Source: Bugula neritina
Lineage: Eukaryota; Animalia; Bryozoa
Length of the DNA stretch: 64,000 bases
Assembly: GCA_964035545.1 (NCBI GenBank)
Contig: OZ037765.1
Location: 14,332,698-14,396,697, forward strand
Direction: 5' to 3'
The notes under the pieces are model-generated. The model was given only the letters and a program-made list of their open reading frames with translations. It was not told the DNA's origin and searched no databases. Within the stretch, counting starts at the first letter, position 1; each line of letters begins with the position of its first letter. A program made the translations under genes and the position numbers. This document shows positions 38,500 through 59,097 of the stretch, one piece after another.

Positions 38500-41400
38500 G
38501 GCTCAGGGGTGGCAGTGGGGGAGGCTGGTTTAGAGAGTTTGGCCTCTCCTCTGGTGAAGGAGGCCTGGGTTCTCTAAACCTGTGTACCGGCCTAGGTATG
38601 ATCACCTCATACTCAGGCCCACGTCACATCCGGCTGCCTCCTGGGCTCAAGCAACGGGGGTGCATCTCCCACCGCATCGGGCTAGCCCAATACAGTTTTA
38701 AGCGAGCCTCGTTCTGGGTGGAAACCTGTCTCGAGCGCTCGACATTTTATGTATGATTGGGCAGAGCCTCGACTACCAAGTAGGGCCCCACGAACTTGGG
38801 CTGTAACTAAGCCGACTGTCCGCAGCGCCTACGATAGTTAACCATCTAGACCCAGCCCTCCACCTGATAGAGTGGAGGCTTCACGGAGTCCTCCCTGTGC
38901 ATTTGCCACTGCTTCTTACAATGCATGTTGTGAGCGGCCCGCATGCGTTCCACCAGTTTCCCCACGTACTCATGTACAGAGTTTTCAGGGTCGGGAGCAT
39001 GGTAAGTTAGGTGGTTGGGAACGCAGGTATCTCGATCTAGCATCAGGAAGTCTCAGACGTGCTCTTGCGAGGCGTACTGCGGTATGCAAGCACAACCTGC
39101 GAGAGCACTGTATCCCATTCCTCCTGACCTCGGTCGAGGAGCACACTCTGGAGAGCATCACCCAGCATGTGGTTGTTACGTTTGACAACCCCATAGCTTT
39201 GCGGGTGATACGGGGTGGTCCTGCTTTGATTCAACTCCCCTCCCCCCAGAGCTGGCAGAGGTTACCCGTTAGCTAAGACTGGAACTGAGCATCCTGGTTC
39301 GAATGGATCTGCTCCGACAAACTCAAATAACAGAACAAATTTTGGTTCAGGACCCGGGCCACAGTTAAAGCCGATACATCTGGGATAGTCGGGGCATCGG
39401 CCCACCGAGTAAAGTGGTCCGTGAGCACCAAGATCCAGTTGCTACCTTTGGGGGTCAGGGGCATGGGACCTATCAGGTCAACAGCCACTACCTGCCAAGG
39501 CCTCCCGGCGTACAGCTGTCTTCGCCCCGCACTGTCTGGGGGCAACCATGCTTACTGGCCGGGCAGATTTTGCAATGTCTCACTTTGAGCCTTACATCAT
39601 GCCCAATCTCCGGCCAATGCAATTGGGGTTGTAACTTTTTGACCATTCGCTGAACTCCTGCGTGAGCCTCCTTGTGTGCGTCCCAGATCAACTCGCGACG
39701 GATGGCAAAGGAGCAGACCACTTGCTCACATTTGGGATGGCTGCCCGGGGCAGCAAACGTGATAGTCAAAAGACCATCCCATTAATCCGAAGTGAATCCA
39801 AGCGGCGACAGAACATCTGGAATTCAGTGCACTGCTGCCACTGTTTCTCTTCACTATGTTGCTTCCCCCCTTTCTTAGCCCTATAAATTTTGGCCACTAG
39901 CCCGGGTAGGGTTTCCAGGAGTTTACGTAGCTCACTGAAATTTTCAGCCAAGACTGGGTTAGCGGGGAAGGTGCTTACAGCGTCAATGGGAGAGTCGAGC
40001 ATAAGTTAGCCATGCTCCCATCTGTAATCACCTTCCCAATATTTAAGCACTGTCTGCACCCCCTTTCAGATTGCCGGCTTAGCCCATCTGCATTGTCGTG
40101 TTTCTTTCCGGGTCGATGTTTGATCCGGTAGAAAAACTCGGCCAAGATTTCAAGCCACCGTGCAACCTGACTAGAGGGTTCAGCTCTCTTGCACAACCAC
40201 ATCAGCGAGGCGTGCTCCGCCCGCAGCTGGAACATCTTACCATAGAGAAAAGGTCGAAAATGTTTCACCGCCTTAATTACTGCCAAGAGTTCCTTCCTGG
40301 TGGTAAAGTAATTTCGCTGGGCGACAGAGAGAGCCTTGCTATAGTAACCGACGACCACCTCTCGACCATCCTAGACCTGTGGCAGTACTGCAACCACATT
40401 GTGGTTGCTGGCGTCCGTGTCCAGAATGTACTCCTTAGCGGGATCGGGGTATGCCAGGACGGGCACTCTTATCAAGCAACCCTTGAGGCGGTCGAACGCC
40501 TGATGTTCAGCCTGGGTCCACTGCCAGTAGACCTCCTTTGCAGTTAGCCAATTTAGCGGCTGCGCTATCCCCACAAAGTATGGTATGTACTGCCGATAAT
40601 ACACTACCGACCCCTGGAAAGCCCGTAGCCCGATCAAATCCTGGGGAGTAGCCCAGTCTTTCATTGCTAGTACCTTTTCGGGGTCAGTCGCTACCCCGTT
40701 GCAGCCAACAACATGGCCCAGGTACCTAAACTCCGGCTGTAACAGAGTGCACTTGGAGAGTTTCAGCTTCAGACCAGCACCTCTGAGCCTATCGAAAACC
40801 TTCAGCAGACGACTGATGTGAGTCGTGAAGTCTGGAGAGATCAACGATGACATCACCGAGGTAAATGAGCAAGGTCTTCCAGTAGAGCCCAGTAGAGCTC
40901 CACGAGTGTCTGGATGGTGGCCGAGGATGAAGTCAATCCAAACAGTAACACCTTCCTTTTCCAGAGCCAATCCTGTGTTATAAACGCAGCCTTAACCTGT
41001 GCATCGGGACTCAGGGGGACCTACCAGTACCCGCTAAGCAAGTCTAACGTACTGAAGTACTTGCTACTGGCCAGGGCATCTAGTGACTCATCGATATGGA
41101 GAAGGTGGTACGTGTCCTGTATGGTCACGCTATTTATCTTGCGGTAATCTACACAGAACGACCAACCTCCGTCCTTCCGGACCAGAACAACCGACGAGCT
41201 CCACGCACTATGTGCTGGCTCTATTGGGTTGCGGTCCAAAAAGTCGCGGACTTGTCAGCTCACCTTCTCCGGCCCCAACCCGTGCATAGGTTGCCGGATC
41301 GGGGCCGTCCCGTAGTCAGGGGGATTTCGTGACTGACAGCCACAGCCAAGCTCACATCATGGTCCTCACTGCTGAACACGTCCTTGTACTCACGAAGTAA

Positions 41401-42200
41401 CTGCACCATTACCAGGCGTTCTCGGTTAATTGTGCAGCCATGACATGCGCCCTCGTACAAGTCGACGACATGGTACGAGACCGGTCTGTGACTGCTCATG
41501 ATGGGTTTCCTGGGGTGCCCCGTTGTCTCACCCAACAGCAACCCTACATCTCCTTCTTGAATGGAGTGAAACTTGCCCACCATGGACCCAGCTGGCAGCT
41601 CTACCGGTTCCGTGAAAGGGTTTACACACTGCATCAAGATCTCCCCTTGCATATCTAGCCGGATCAGCCTATTTGCAAATTGGATCCTTTCGTGAGCCCT
41701 TCCACGACTTCAAGTTCGGAGATCCGCCTACAATTCACCTTGCAGTGAATAATAGCACATGAACGCCAAGGTATTGTGCAGTTGCGCACTACCTGGACGC
41801 CCCCCACCAGTAGACGGCCAAACTTGTCAACACAAGCAAACTCTCGCCTGGCCATAGCCACCGCCGACTTCCTAAAGTCGATATGGCATCCCGAGAATGG
41901 CATCCTCTTTGAGCTGGCTGACGATAAACGTCAGCTCAATGATGCCTCAGAAGAGAATACACTACCTGTTCGCCAACTGCCATGTTCCCCATGGTACAGC
42001 TCCAGGCCGGCCCGGTCTCTAGCGCTGAGTATGTCAAAGAGTCGGCAACTTAAGAGGTTCGTAGTGCACCCTGAATCCAACAGGAAAGTAACAGCTTTGC
42101 TAGCTATCTTGCCAAGGAAGAAGTAGCTGCCACCATAGGGTAACAGACAACACTTCTTTAGCATTGAGTTAGGGCTGGACCTGCGTCCGATGACCACGAG
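38500..42200 (-). pseudogene. Gypsy pol remnants (aspartic protease, RT, RNase H, integrase)
   Basis: Protease FLLDSGC. RT: FCVDYRKIN, YFSTLDLLSGYW, and YLGD in place of YLDD (~40852-40863). RNase H: YILDTDASN, KELLAVI. Integrase: HKEAHAG...CKIC, VAVDLIGP, IHSNQ, TPYHPQS, GPY. Many frameshifts. Confidence 0.93.
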
Positions 42201-42489
42201 GCAATCTCCGAGGTTGCAGAGGCAATGCTGCGGACTCTAGGTCCTGCCTCACCTCGTCACCAGACTATGCCTCTTGTAGTTCGTCGAAACGGTTTCGGAG
42301 TGGCCAAGTAGGGGTAGCAGGCCTGCTGTACGGCTTGCTTGCCTGTCCTTCTTGGAACCTGCCACTCTGTTGGGAGCACCTTGGGCGTCCTTGTGGACTG
42401 TGGGCGAGTCCCTCGCCAATGGAGATTTACTTCTGGCCCGCGGTTGGCGGGTAAGCCCGCGGGCCGAGGTGGTTTAACTTTCTCCGCAA

Positions 42490-43463
42490 AAACTGCGGGC
42501 ACTACCTGCGGAGATGCCAGCGGCTACCGCAAAACCAACACACGGTAGCCCGCCCTTGAGTGGGTTGTGTCCCCGACCTCTTGGGTCTTTGGGTAAGGCC
42601 AGCCATCTGGGAATGCGCCAGTGCTGCCACCAGTTTTCTGATCACGTCTGTCATACGAACGATGTCGGAGGCTATGGAATGACTGGGAGTGGCAGCGGCC
42701 ACATAGCGGTTGGCTCAGGTTCAGAGGTAGCATCCAGTAGCCCCGTTTCAACCTGGCGGGTGCTTACGCGGCTCTTGTGCAGCTGTTTGGCCAACAAGAA
42801 AGCCTCACCATCTCTGAAAGCGTCTTCGACCGTTTTGACTCCAGTCACCAGAAACTGGTGGTGAAGTCCCACGTCATCCAACGACTGCACAAAGGCATCG
42901 AAGGTGTAGTGCTCCCAGTTAGCTGGTGACAATTCGCTATGTGCGATCTGTGCCAACTGTTTCGCCGTAGCAGCATGTTCTTGTAGGAGAGTGCGCTGGT
43001 CGCGCCGCAACCCCTGCAAGCACACTCTGACGCCAATAGCTGAGAGGCCAAATTGGGTTCGTAAAGCATCAAAAATGCTGTCGACATCGGTCCCTAACCC
43101 ATAGAGTTTGGCTTTATCTGTCAACGCCAGCCACAATTGTAAGAGGGCAACCCTAGGTGGCCACTGGGAGACGGTTACAACGTCACCGAACTCTTGGATG
43201 AACTGTTCTACATCCTCGTTACCAGTGAAGACAGGGGCTTTCAGGCGATATCTGTCACCAGAAAACTCCCTGTCGGCCTCCTCGCCCTGCGGTATCAGAT
43301 TTCTATGAACTTCAAGAGTTGCGGGCTCACCTTGGTTAGATTGCAGAGGCTCCGCAGGTCTCTCTCCCTCCGCAGGGTCTCTTTCTCCCTCAGCACCTAC
43401 TGGGCGAGGGTCCCCCATCACGAATCTCTCTCCAACTAAGGTAGTAGTTGCATCGACACACAA
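42490..43463 (-). pseudogene. Gypsy gag (capsid plus CCHC knuckle CWFCGSRWHLRR), frameshifted
   Basis: ORFs 42672-43463 and 42502-42702. Confidence 0.88.
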
Positions 43464-43484
43464 TTATCCCACCGCTGCCACCAC

Positions 43485-43894
43485 TGTTGTAGTTTTGTGA
43501 ACTACTATCAGTGGGCTTTTATTGTATGCTGAATTACGGGCTTTTAACCTAGCTACGAAGTTTGCGTTGAAAGTAATGTCTATATTTTAGGTCTAATTAT
43601 ACAAAAGTAAAAGATACAAGTAATTACAAAAGAGTACACACCAAAGCAGTTACACCATATACTATTCTATCTAATAGTTATCCTCAGACTAAGGCTGGGT
43701 GCCGGAAGGCGCAACTTATAACTGGAGGGTTTGATCTGATTGGCCGGTAGGGTTTCGGTGATGGTGTCCGTAATGAGTAGTGCAGTGCCGCATCTCCATG
43801 CAGCATTTCACAATGTTGGTCTTGGAACTTTATAATATAATATACTGCGTCTTTTACTACAAGTGTTAATGACATACTTCCCACAGCCATTACA
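43485..43894 (-). repeat. 5' LTR
   Basis: TG...CA ends, followed by the PBS; contains CCAATCAG and a TATAA-like box. Confidence 0.93.
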
Positions 43895-44072
43895 ATACTA
43901 ATAGTAATACTAATAATAGTAATTCTAATAGTAACATTAGAATACAACTAGTGCTAATAGTTATAGCAATGCTATTACTATTACTAATAATAATAGTAAT
44001 AGCCAATGGCAATTGGTGAGTCAAACAGTACAATAGTAATAATCATAATGATAATGAACCTAATAGGAATAC

Positions 44073-44597
44073 AGTTTCATCCCACATAGACGCTTCCCAG
44101 TTAGACGCTATTTTTTATTTTGGTACCATAATAATGTATATAACTGTTGTATTGATTGCTAAATAGCTAATATGCTAACTATGTCTATAGCTATAATAGC
44201 CAATATAAAGTATCTGGAATAATAGCCTACATTTCCAGGATTTGTGTGGGGCAAAAAACAGGAATACATTAATAATAGACATTATTTTTAATGATTACTT
44301 ATTACTAAAATATTTTTTCACATAATAACTACAAGAAGTATAGAATATGCAAAATTAATAAGTTAATGCAGATCAAAGAAATTTATTTATGTGCTAAATA
44401 GCAAACAATTGATCCAAGTTTATTTAAACATACATATATTTCAATAATATTCAAATAAATTGCACATAAAATATATATTGTACCAAAAGAAATAAATAGC
44501 GTCTAACTGGGAAGCGTCTAACTGGGAAGCCTCCAAGTGGGAAATTTAACCTAGCGTCTATCTCAGTATCTGGGAAGCGTCTATGTGGGATGACACC
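44073..44597. mobile_element. MITE copy 1 (GG...CC-type TIRs with TAGACGCTTCCCA subterminal repeats; 8-bp TSD, Merlin-like)
   Basis: (a)gtttcatcccacatagacgc ... gcgtctatgtgggatgacacc. Flanks are AGGAATAC and AGTAATAC. Homologous to 52000-52556. Confidence 0.85.
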
Positions 44598-44779
44598 AGT
44601 AATACCAATAGTAATAGTAATACTAATACTTATAGAGTAGTACTAGTAATACTACTACTACCAATACCATTACCCTACGCTACTGCTACTACTACCAGAA
44701 TTGATAATTACCATCTAAAGAATATTATTAACATTGATACTCATAGTCAAAGTCATACTTTCCAAAAAAAATTCAGAGC

Positions 44780-45230
44780 CTAGAAGCATATAACGGAAAA
44801 CAGATTGGTGTTTAATATTACCGCAGTTTAATAACTTGTCATGATGATGATAGAACGGAAAACAATTTTCAAAATTTTTTTTATTTGTTTTAAAGCATTA
44901 AAATTTAATTAAAATACTGCCTGTCTTTTTACTCTGACATTCTATGTAAGTTCAAATTTTGTTGATTCAACTTGAACCTAAAGAGGCTTATTAACCTACA
45001 CCGTACAGCTTTCGGACGGAAAAGGTTACGCCTACTCAATATCATAGTGATAATTTTGTTTGGTGGATTAGTCATAGTGATCTTACCCACTGAACTTGTA
45101 CTTCTTCCATAGACTTTTATTTCAGTGCTCTTACCACTATAAGAAGATTTACGGCGATTTTGGCTACTAGGACTACCTTACTGTTACAGTAGCCTTGTGA
45201 TTTACGTGCACCCCATACGCAAATATTGAA
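44780..45230. promoter_or_regulatory. Putative bidirectional promoter for HSD17B10 (-) and BORCS8 (+)
   Basis: CGGAAA motifs at 44794, 44856 and 45017 with local CpG enrichment, between two divergently oriented genes. Inferred only. Confidence 0.4.
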
Positions 45231-45954
45231 GTAATTTATCACCACTTCCAGTCTCAGTTTGAGTTTCACTTTAACTTTGAGTTTGACTTTCAAAGTCACT
45301 TTCACTTTGCATTATAATGATGATTCTATCAATAACAATATTCATAGTGATAATTATAATGATAAACTTTGAGATTAAGAGTAAGTTACCAAGACTAATT
45401 ATATGATTTTAGAAATAGATACAATGTCAATGTGAATTTACTGATGACTCTAGTCCATGCTCATGCTAATACTCTTTGATTTTTATCCTCTCTAGAAGAG
45501 AAAGTGTTTATCCGATATCATAACCACAAAGTAAAAGTTTTTGATGCAAGTGTGAGATAAGATTCTGTGGGAGTACAGCAGCCGCAGAGAGTTTGGCACT
45601 ATTGCTAGCAGATACGTTCAGCCTCATGGTCCATGCCCATGCCCAGTACTAACTGTAAACAGCTTATATTTTAATTTAATGTTGTTTAGTCAAATAATTT
45701 AATTACTTATTGCAATTTTGAGTGTAGCCAAATTAAATTTGTGTGTTTTGAAGTAACATTCCCAATCTTTTATTGCTTTTAGTTTTGCAGTATTATTATT
45801 ATATTAATAATAATGAAAGCTTTTATCACTGCATAATAAATTGTATATATTGAATTCATCCAATACCCATAACTAATTTTGCTAAGACTAAACTATTGAT
45901 TCATAATATATGTAATAATTAAATGCAGTTTAAATTTGAACTTAAATTACTACT

Positions 45955-46180
45955 GGCGATTTTAAGTAAAAATGGCACAATGGTGTTAAATTTGCCCAAA
46001 CCCAGACTCCCTACCCCAAATCCCCACCTCTATCTCTAACTCCCATCTTTAAACCCACAACCTTAAATCCAAACCGTGAAGCTCAAACCCCCATCCCAAA
46101 CCCCAATATTGAAAATGTGCCATTTCTAGCTACTTTTCTATTTGTGCCATTATTACTTGTGCCATTTTTGCCGGACACCA
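45955..46180. repeat. Dispersed repeat with inverted AAAAATGGCACA / TGTGCCATTTTT motifs around a C-rich core
   Basis: Related to 57850-58110 in the opposite orientation; probably a non-autonomous DNA transposon. Confidence 0.65.
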
Positions 46181-46566
46181 CTATTAACACATTAGACGAT
46201 TAATGAAATTTGTAAGCTTGTTAGTTGACATTTTTTCAACTTGCAAAGGATTTAGCAACTACTGCAGTTTGTCGTGGTCCTTATAAACCAATACCTATCT
46301 TCCACTGTTGTTCATTCTTGAAAACATTCTGTAAACCTCGTAATCACTACAATTATGAGACAAAAACTGACCCACTAATAATTAATGTTTAAGCAATAGA
46401 ATTATTATATTTATATTTTGCATATTTACTGTAAGATGGTGGTCACAGATTTGCAATTATATTTCTTTCAGTGACTAGATTGGTCTTAGTGTTTAAACAG
46501 CTTTCATTGCTATGTAATAATATGTACGTTATGCAAAAAAACATTTTTAGGTGATGCTTGAAAATA

Positions 46567-48288
46567 ATGGGAACTAGAGACTACATTATGTCACAATCTA
46601 TTGGAGGTGTAACCATAGCTGCCAGATCTCTTAAAAAAGGTGATAATATACCAGAATTGTTCAATAAATTTTTCAGAGCTATGTAGGATTGAACTGAGTG
46701 TGTTGTAAAATCTTTTTTCACCAGTTTGATTGTCAGTAATTTAGTTTACCAAACAAATTACAGCAATCTCTTAAATAAGTTGTCAAAATAAAATTTCTTT
46801 ATCCAACAATTTTTCACTTGCAAGTTTCACCTGCTAGCTGTATTTTTATAAAAGAGCACATGTTTATATATTCCTTTTTGTCTTTCAAGTGGACCTTATG
46901 TAACTTGTAAAAGTTATTAAAAGCTGTACTGTTGTAGTAAAACCCCAATTTTATTACTCTGACACTGCTTCTTTTTTTATTCAATAAGTTTAATGAGAAC
47001 ATAGATAATATGGGGTGTCCCCCTATTTTTCAAGATGCTGGGTAAAGATAAAAAAAATTCTAATGCTTCTTGGTGTAGTCTAAAATATGAGTAGTTGGTG
47101 AAATAATTATATATAGAAGTGAAATAAAATAATTGTTGTATCATTTATTATTGAATACTCTGCTGGTTATTTGCAGGAGATGGTGAGTTGATTCAGGGTG
47201 AACAAGGCAAGCTGGTGAAGTCTAGTTTGGATAATCTAGAAAATTTTATAACAGTGTCTGCCAATGAGCCTTCCCTTGCCCTGTACAGAATACAGGTGTG
47301 TTGACAGCTTACATGCTGTCTGTAAAAAACTGTTTTTAGACCAAGGCTTCAATATAGCTGTTCTTGCTTTGTATAAATGATACTTCACGTTTAAAAAAAG
47401 AGCCACCTCTGTGTTGTACAAAATTAATAATAATGCAAAGATGTTGCCACAGAGCTAACATTTCTTTTGTGTAAAGACAGTATTTTGGTGTCTGTGTTGG
47501 CCTATAAATGGTCATATTTTCAGCATAATTCCTTTGTTTTTATATTGACCTCATTTTCGACTACTTGTTAGACTATTTGAGGCTTACTATGTGAGAAAGT
47601 TAATCAAGCATCAGTGTATGTTTGAATCTTCAACTGATGTGCTATTGTTATATTCTGAAAATTTCAAGATTGGTGGTTGAATTAAGTTGCTGCTCAACCA
47701 CAATGTTGATGTAGTTGTCTTCAGTAACAGTGTTCTGGTTTTCTATGATTATGATTATGAAATTTACTTTTTTAATGCATTTTTATGTTGGTTGTGTTCT
47801 ATTGATGTAAGCAGGTTCTAAGTAACTGGAAACTTTCAATGGTAATTATCAACTAGAGTAAGAGTTTTTTAAACTATGCTTTAAGATTTGTACATAACAT
47901 TTAGTAATAGCAGAAAGAGCTTCAACATGTTGTGCTGTATGCTTTCATTTAAAGAGAATTCGTGTGTATTTGTGCATCAATTTTTAAATACAGCCTTATT
48001 CTTATTACTATAAACAGTGCAGAGAATAACTTCTGCTGTAAACTGTTTCAGGAGCATGTGAGAAAATCTGTGACGAGGCTAGTGAATAGGAAGCTAGCCA
48101 ATGAAAGCCTTAACGAAAAGACCAGAGGTGCCATATTTGATACTGAGTATGCTTTGGATGCAGCAGACAACATTGCTAGATCTAAAACTGCTTTCAAGAC
48201 AGTCAATAGTAGTCTGAAGAATGCAATTCACCTTACTCAGCAAATCAATCACAGTAAACGGCAAAGTGAAAGGAATGCCGAGTACTAA
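46567..48288 (+). CDS. BORCS8: BLOC-1-related complex subunit 8 (MEF2BNB family), ~142 aa; exons 46567-46639, 47177-47295, 48052-48288
   Basis: The spliced sequence ANEPSLALYRIQ|EHVRKS...GAIFDTEYA matches the BORCS8 signature and phases agree. The first exon and start codon are less certain. Confidence 0.87.
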
Positions 48289-48870
48289 CTTAATTGTATT
48301 CTCAATAGTTGTGGGGATTCAGTATCTCATCAACAATCTAGAAATGGAGCTTCCTCTATGGAAAAAACTACTCATCGCAATTAATTGTTGAAGATTGTGC
48401 TTACTGGGTGTGAGTCGGTTAACTTCATTTTAGTTAATTGTTCATTGCAGCAAACTCCTGGATTTTGACTAAATTTTGTCCAGATATTTTCTACCCTAAC
48501 CTTTGGCTCTATCTGCACAACTTAGAAGAGTTTTATCAGTTGTTCTTTATTTTTAGATTGCGGTTTCGACATAGTTGATAGGTACACTACAAAAATTTTG
48601 TTTCTAAATTTCATGATGTTTAAAAATATCCAAAGTTACTACATATATTTAAAATAAATTACTTTGACAATTAATAAGATTTTGTTAGATAAAAAGCTCT
48701 TAAAGGGATTTTTTTATATTACAAAGTTTAGAAGTCAAGGTAGAATATTCTAGTGAATAATATGGCTACCTTAGTACTACCAACATGCCTATTGAAGATT
48801 CACACCTTGTATATATGCTTTAGTAAAAACATAAGTTTCTACTATTGGGAAGGTGTGGCCATTGTACTCT

Positions 48871-48920
48871 GTTCTGTGCTGATGAGGGGCTGAATCCCGA
48901 AACAGCTGCTGTACACAAAC
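48871..48920 (+). ncRNA. Type I hammerhead ribozyme motif
   Basis: Stem I TGTG/CACA; core CTGATGA (48879-48885); stem II GGG/CCC; GAAA (48899-48902); stem III ACAG/CTGT; predicted cleavage after GTA (48911-48913). Confidence 0.75.
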
Positions 48921-48929
48921 TGATATACA

Positions 48930-48941
48930 TGTGTATATACA

Positions 48942-49020
<79 letters not shown>

Positions 49021-49066
49021 ATATACATGTATATATACATGTATAAATATATATATATATATACAT
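48930..49066. repeat. (TA)n microsatellite with TACATG units
   Basis: Visible directly. Confidence 0.95.
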
Positions 49067-49378
49067 GTGCGTTGACTTTATGTAATTTGACATTTATATT
49101 TGCAACAATAAATGAGATATATAAGTTTTTTCTCATGGTAAATTGCTGTCATATATTAAAGCATAATCAATTGACCACTTACTATAAATAAATAACAGAC
49201 TTTAAAGCACATCACAAAATATATATATTAGGATATAATATAACAAACAAAATTGTCAATCTTTTTTTCTTAAATAGACTTTTAGCAAAACTTTAAAAAT
49301 TAGAAATTTCCAAGAAAAAAGCATATTTAAATATAAACTACAATTGTTGCAAATTGAGCACTTGTTAAATTAGTGGGA

Positions 49379-56975
<7,597 letters not shown>

Positions 56976-57239
56976 TTTAATGCGCTAGAACACTTAATGA
57001 ACCAACTAACACTGCAGAGCCATGTTAAACTGGAGCTGATAACATTTATACAAATGAGATGCCTATTGATTTGGTTTCTACTCCTTCCCAACAGCAGAGT
57101 GGTTACCATCACATAGCTGAATATTTAATACCCTTTCCATTGTTCTAGAATTGCAATTATTGATTTAGATTTTGCAATTATCAATAACTTAGTTATACAA
57201 TGCATTAGAGTTGTGTAGTGTTTCACTATGTAGCTAGAC

Positions 57240-57240
<1 letters not shown>

Positions 57241-57293
<53 letters not shown>

Positions 57294-57294
57294 G

Positions 57295-57329
<35 letters not shown>

Positions 57330-57399
57330 GTATATATATATGTATATATGTATATATATGTATATATATGTATATATATTAGCTGTATACACATACACA

Positions 57400-57431
<32 letters not shown>

Positions 57432-57432
57432 C
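57241..57432. repeat. (TA)n/(TATG) microsatellite followed by (GCAC)n
   Basis: Visible directly. Confidence 0.95.
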
Positions 57433-57849
57433 TCACACGCGTGAGCATGCACACACATATAGTATATATACCACATATATACCACATATATGATTTTGTA
57501 ATGTCAAAAATATCATATATAGATCATATTGATTTAATATTTCTCTAACCTTTCACTTGAGATATCACAGCTATTATTTTCATGTCTATGACATTTTATA
57601 TACATCAGTGGTTCCCAACCTTTTTCCTACTATTTCCCCTTTCATGAATTTCCTCTTTGAAAAGTGAAAAAAAATTATTACTGACATTACAATATAAGAT
57701 ACAACGCAATATATTATGTTTTAGTACATTTGAATATAATATAATTATCATAATAGTTATATTATTGTTGTTACTATGTTATGCATGTATGAAACACAGA
57801 GCAGTTCAATTATTGATGTTATGGCTGCAGCTGATGCATTTGTGCCAGC

Positions 57850-58110
57850 TTGGTACAAGTAAAAATGGCGCAGTAAAAACTGCACAGGTAAAAAATGACA
57901 CAGGTAAAAATGGCACAGATAGTAATGGCACAAGTAGAAAATTAGATAAAAAAGATTTGAATGGGTTGAGGTGCCAGATGGGGGTTTGAGTTTGGAGGTT
58001 TGGGTTGGGAATTTTTGGGCAAAATTTAGCACCAGTGTGCCATTTTTACCTAACTTTCCATTTGTGCCATTTTTGGCTGTGCCATTTTTGGCTGTGCCAT
58101 TTTCACCTAT
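57850..58110. repeat. AAAAATGGCACA-motif inverted-repeat element (family shared with 45955-46180), inside the hAT element
   Basis: Tandem aaaaatggcacag motifs on the left, tgtgccattttt motifs on the right, G-rich core. Confidence 0.7.
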
Positions 58111-58243
58111 AATTGGAACAGATTCTTCTCCTATAATAGTTCATTGAGTGTGGGGGAAAGACACCATGTTTTGATAGAGCCACAACTTTAATGTAACTTT
58201 GAAAACATTGATACTGCTATGAAAAGCAATGATATGATGATTG

Positions 58244-59097
58244 TGTTGTAGTTTAGTGCATTACCAGAGTGAGGTGTTGAGGCCTGGCCTCACGCTCGTG
58301 AGAAGCACACGAAATCGTGTGACGATTTTTGTGAGTTATCCTCTTGTTATGACCAGCCACACACTCGTCGGACGAAACACATAATAAATAGTCCGTGAAT
58401 GGGTCTTGCACGAGATACAAACAGCAGAAAATTGCCAAATAGAGAAACGTGGTAAAAATGAAATAATTACTGTTGCTGAAATTCTATTGAACAATCAAAT
58501 GGTGCTTATCGTCGATTGTGATTTTTTATCCGTCGTCATCATTGTGTACACCCAACGAAGATGACTTCGTTTGAATTCCCTCAAATTTTCTTGTACGATT
58601 TATTTTTCGTGTCAAATAGACGATTTCTTGTGATTCTCACGAGTGTGTGGCCAGGCCTTTATTGTACACACGAATTACTGCTGCATGGTTTACTATGAGA
58701 TTGCAAGAGAAACTGAAGTAGTTAATGTTTATAAAAAGTCTATATTTAAAGTCTAATTAGATACAAATAAAGTCATCAACAGTGGCAAAAGAATATACAC
58801 ATATAGAACAGCTACACAATATTATCCTAATCTACGTGACAGTTGTCCTCCAACTGAGGCTGGGTTTCCGAAGGTGCTGTTTATATCTGAAGGGTTGGCA
58901 CTGATTGGCCGATGGGGGTTTCGGCGGTGCCACCATAGGGAGGGACGCCGTGCAGCATGGGGTTGCAGCATCGCTAACGAAGTTGTAGTCTCTTGGAACT
59001 TTATAATAACTTTCCTAATATAATACAATGTCACAACTTCTGCTACAGGTACGTATACAGGGAAGGTTGGAGGGGTATATTTTTCACAGCCACTACA
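58244..59097 (-). mobile_element. Solo LTR of the same Gypsy group, 4-bp TSD ATTG, interrupted by a MITE
   Basis: Starts tgttgtagttt and ends cagccactaca. Shares actgaggctggg, tcttggaactttataata and gtctatattt blocks with 35996-36472. ATTG at 58240-58243 and 59098-59101. Confidence 0.9.
58280..58658. mobile_element. PIF/Harbinger-like MITE inserted in the solo LTR
   Basis: About 38-bp TIRs aggcctggcctcacgctcgtgagaagcacacgaaatcgt and acgatttcttgtgattctcacgagtgtgtggccaggcct. Flanks TTG/TTA fit a 3-bp TWA-type TSD with one mismatch. Confidence 0.82.

Larger units (their letters stand above)
35996..43894 (-). mobile_element. Full-length degenerate Ty3/Gypsy LTR retrotransposon (~7.9 kb) with 4-bp TSD ATAC
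   Basis: 5'LTR 43485-43894 and 3'LTR 35996-36472 (TG...CA). PBS 43466-43483 (TGGTGGCAGCGGTGGGAT) is complementary to a tRNA-Leu 3' end. PPT 36473-36486. ATAC at 35992-35995 and 43895-43898. Domain order gag-PR-RT-RH-IN. Confidence 0.96.

Noticed and set aside
38128-43439. Plus-strand ORFs overlapping the Gypsy element
   Set aside because: They are antisense shadows of GC-richer gag/pol sequence with no recognisable motifs.
43466-43483. tRNA-Leu gene
   Set aside because: Only the 18-nt 3' end including CCA is present, which marks a primer-binding site and not a tRNA gene.
57850-58110. CRISPR-like spaced repeats (also the TAGACGCTTCCCA units at 44073-44597 and 52000-52556)
   Set aside because: Eukaryotic context, inverted arrangement, no unique constant-length spacers and no cas genes; these are transposon subterminal repeats.
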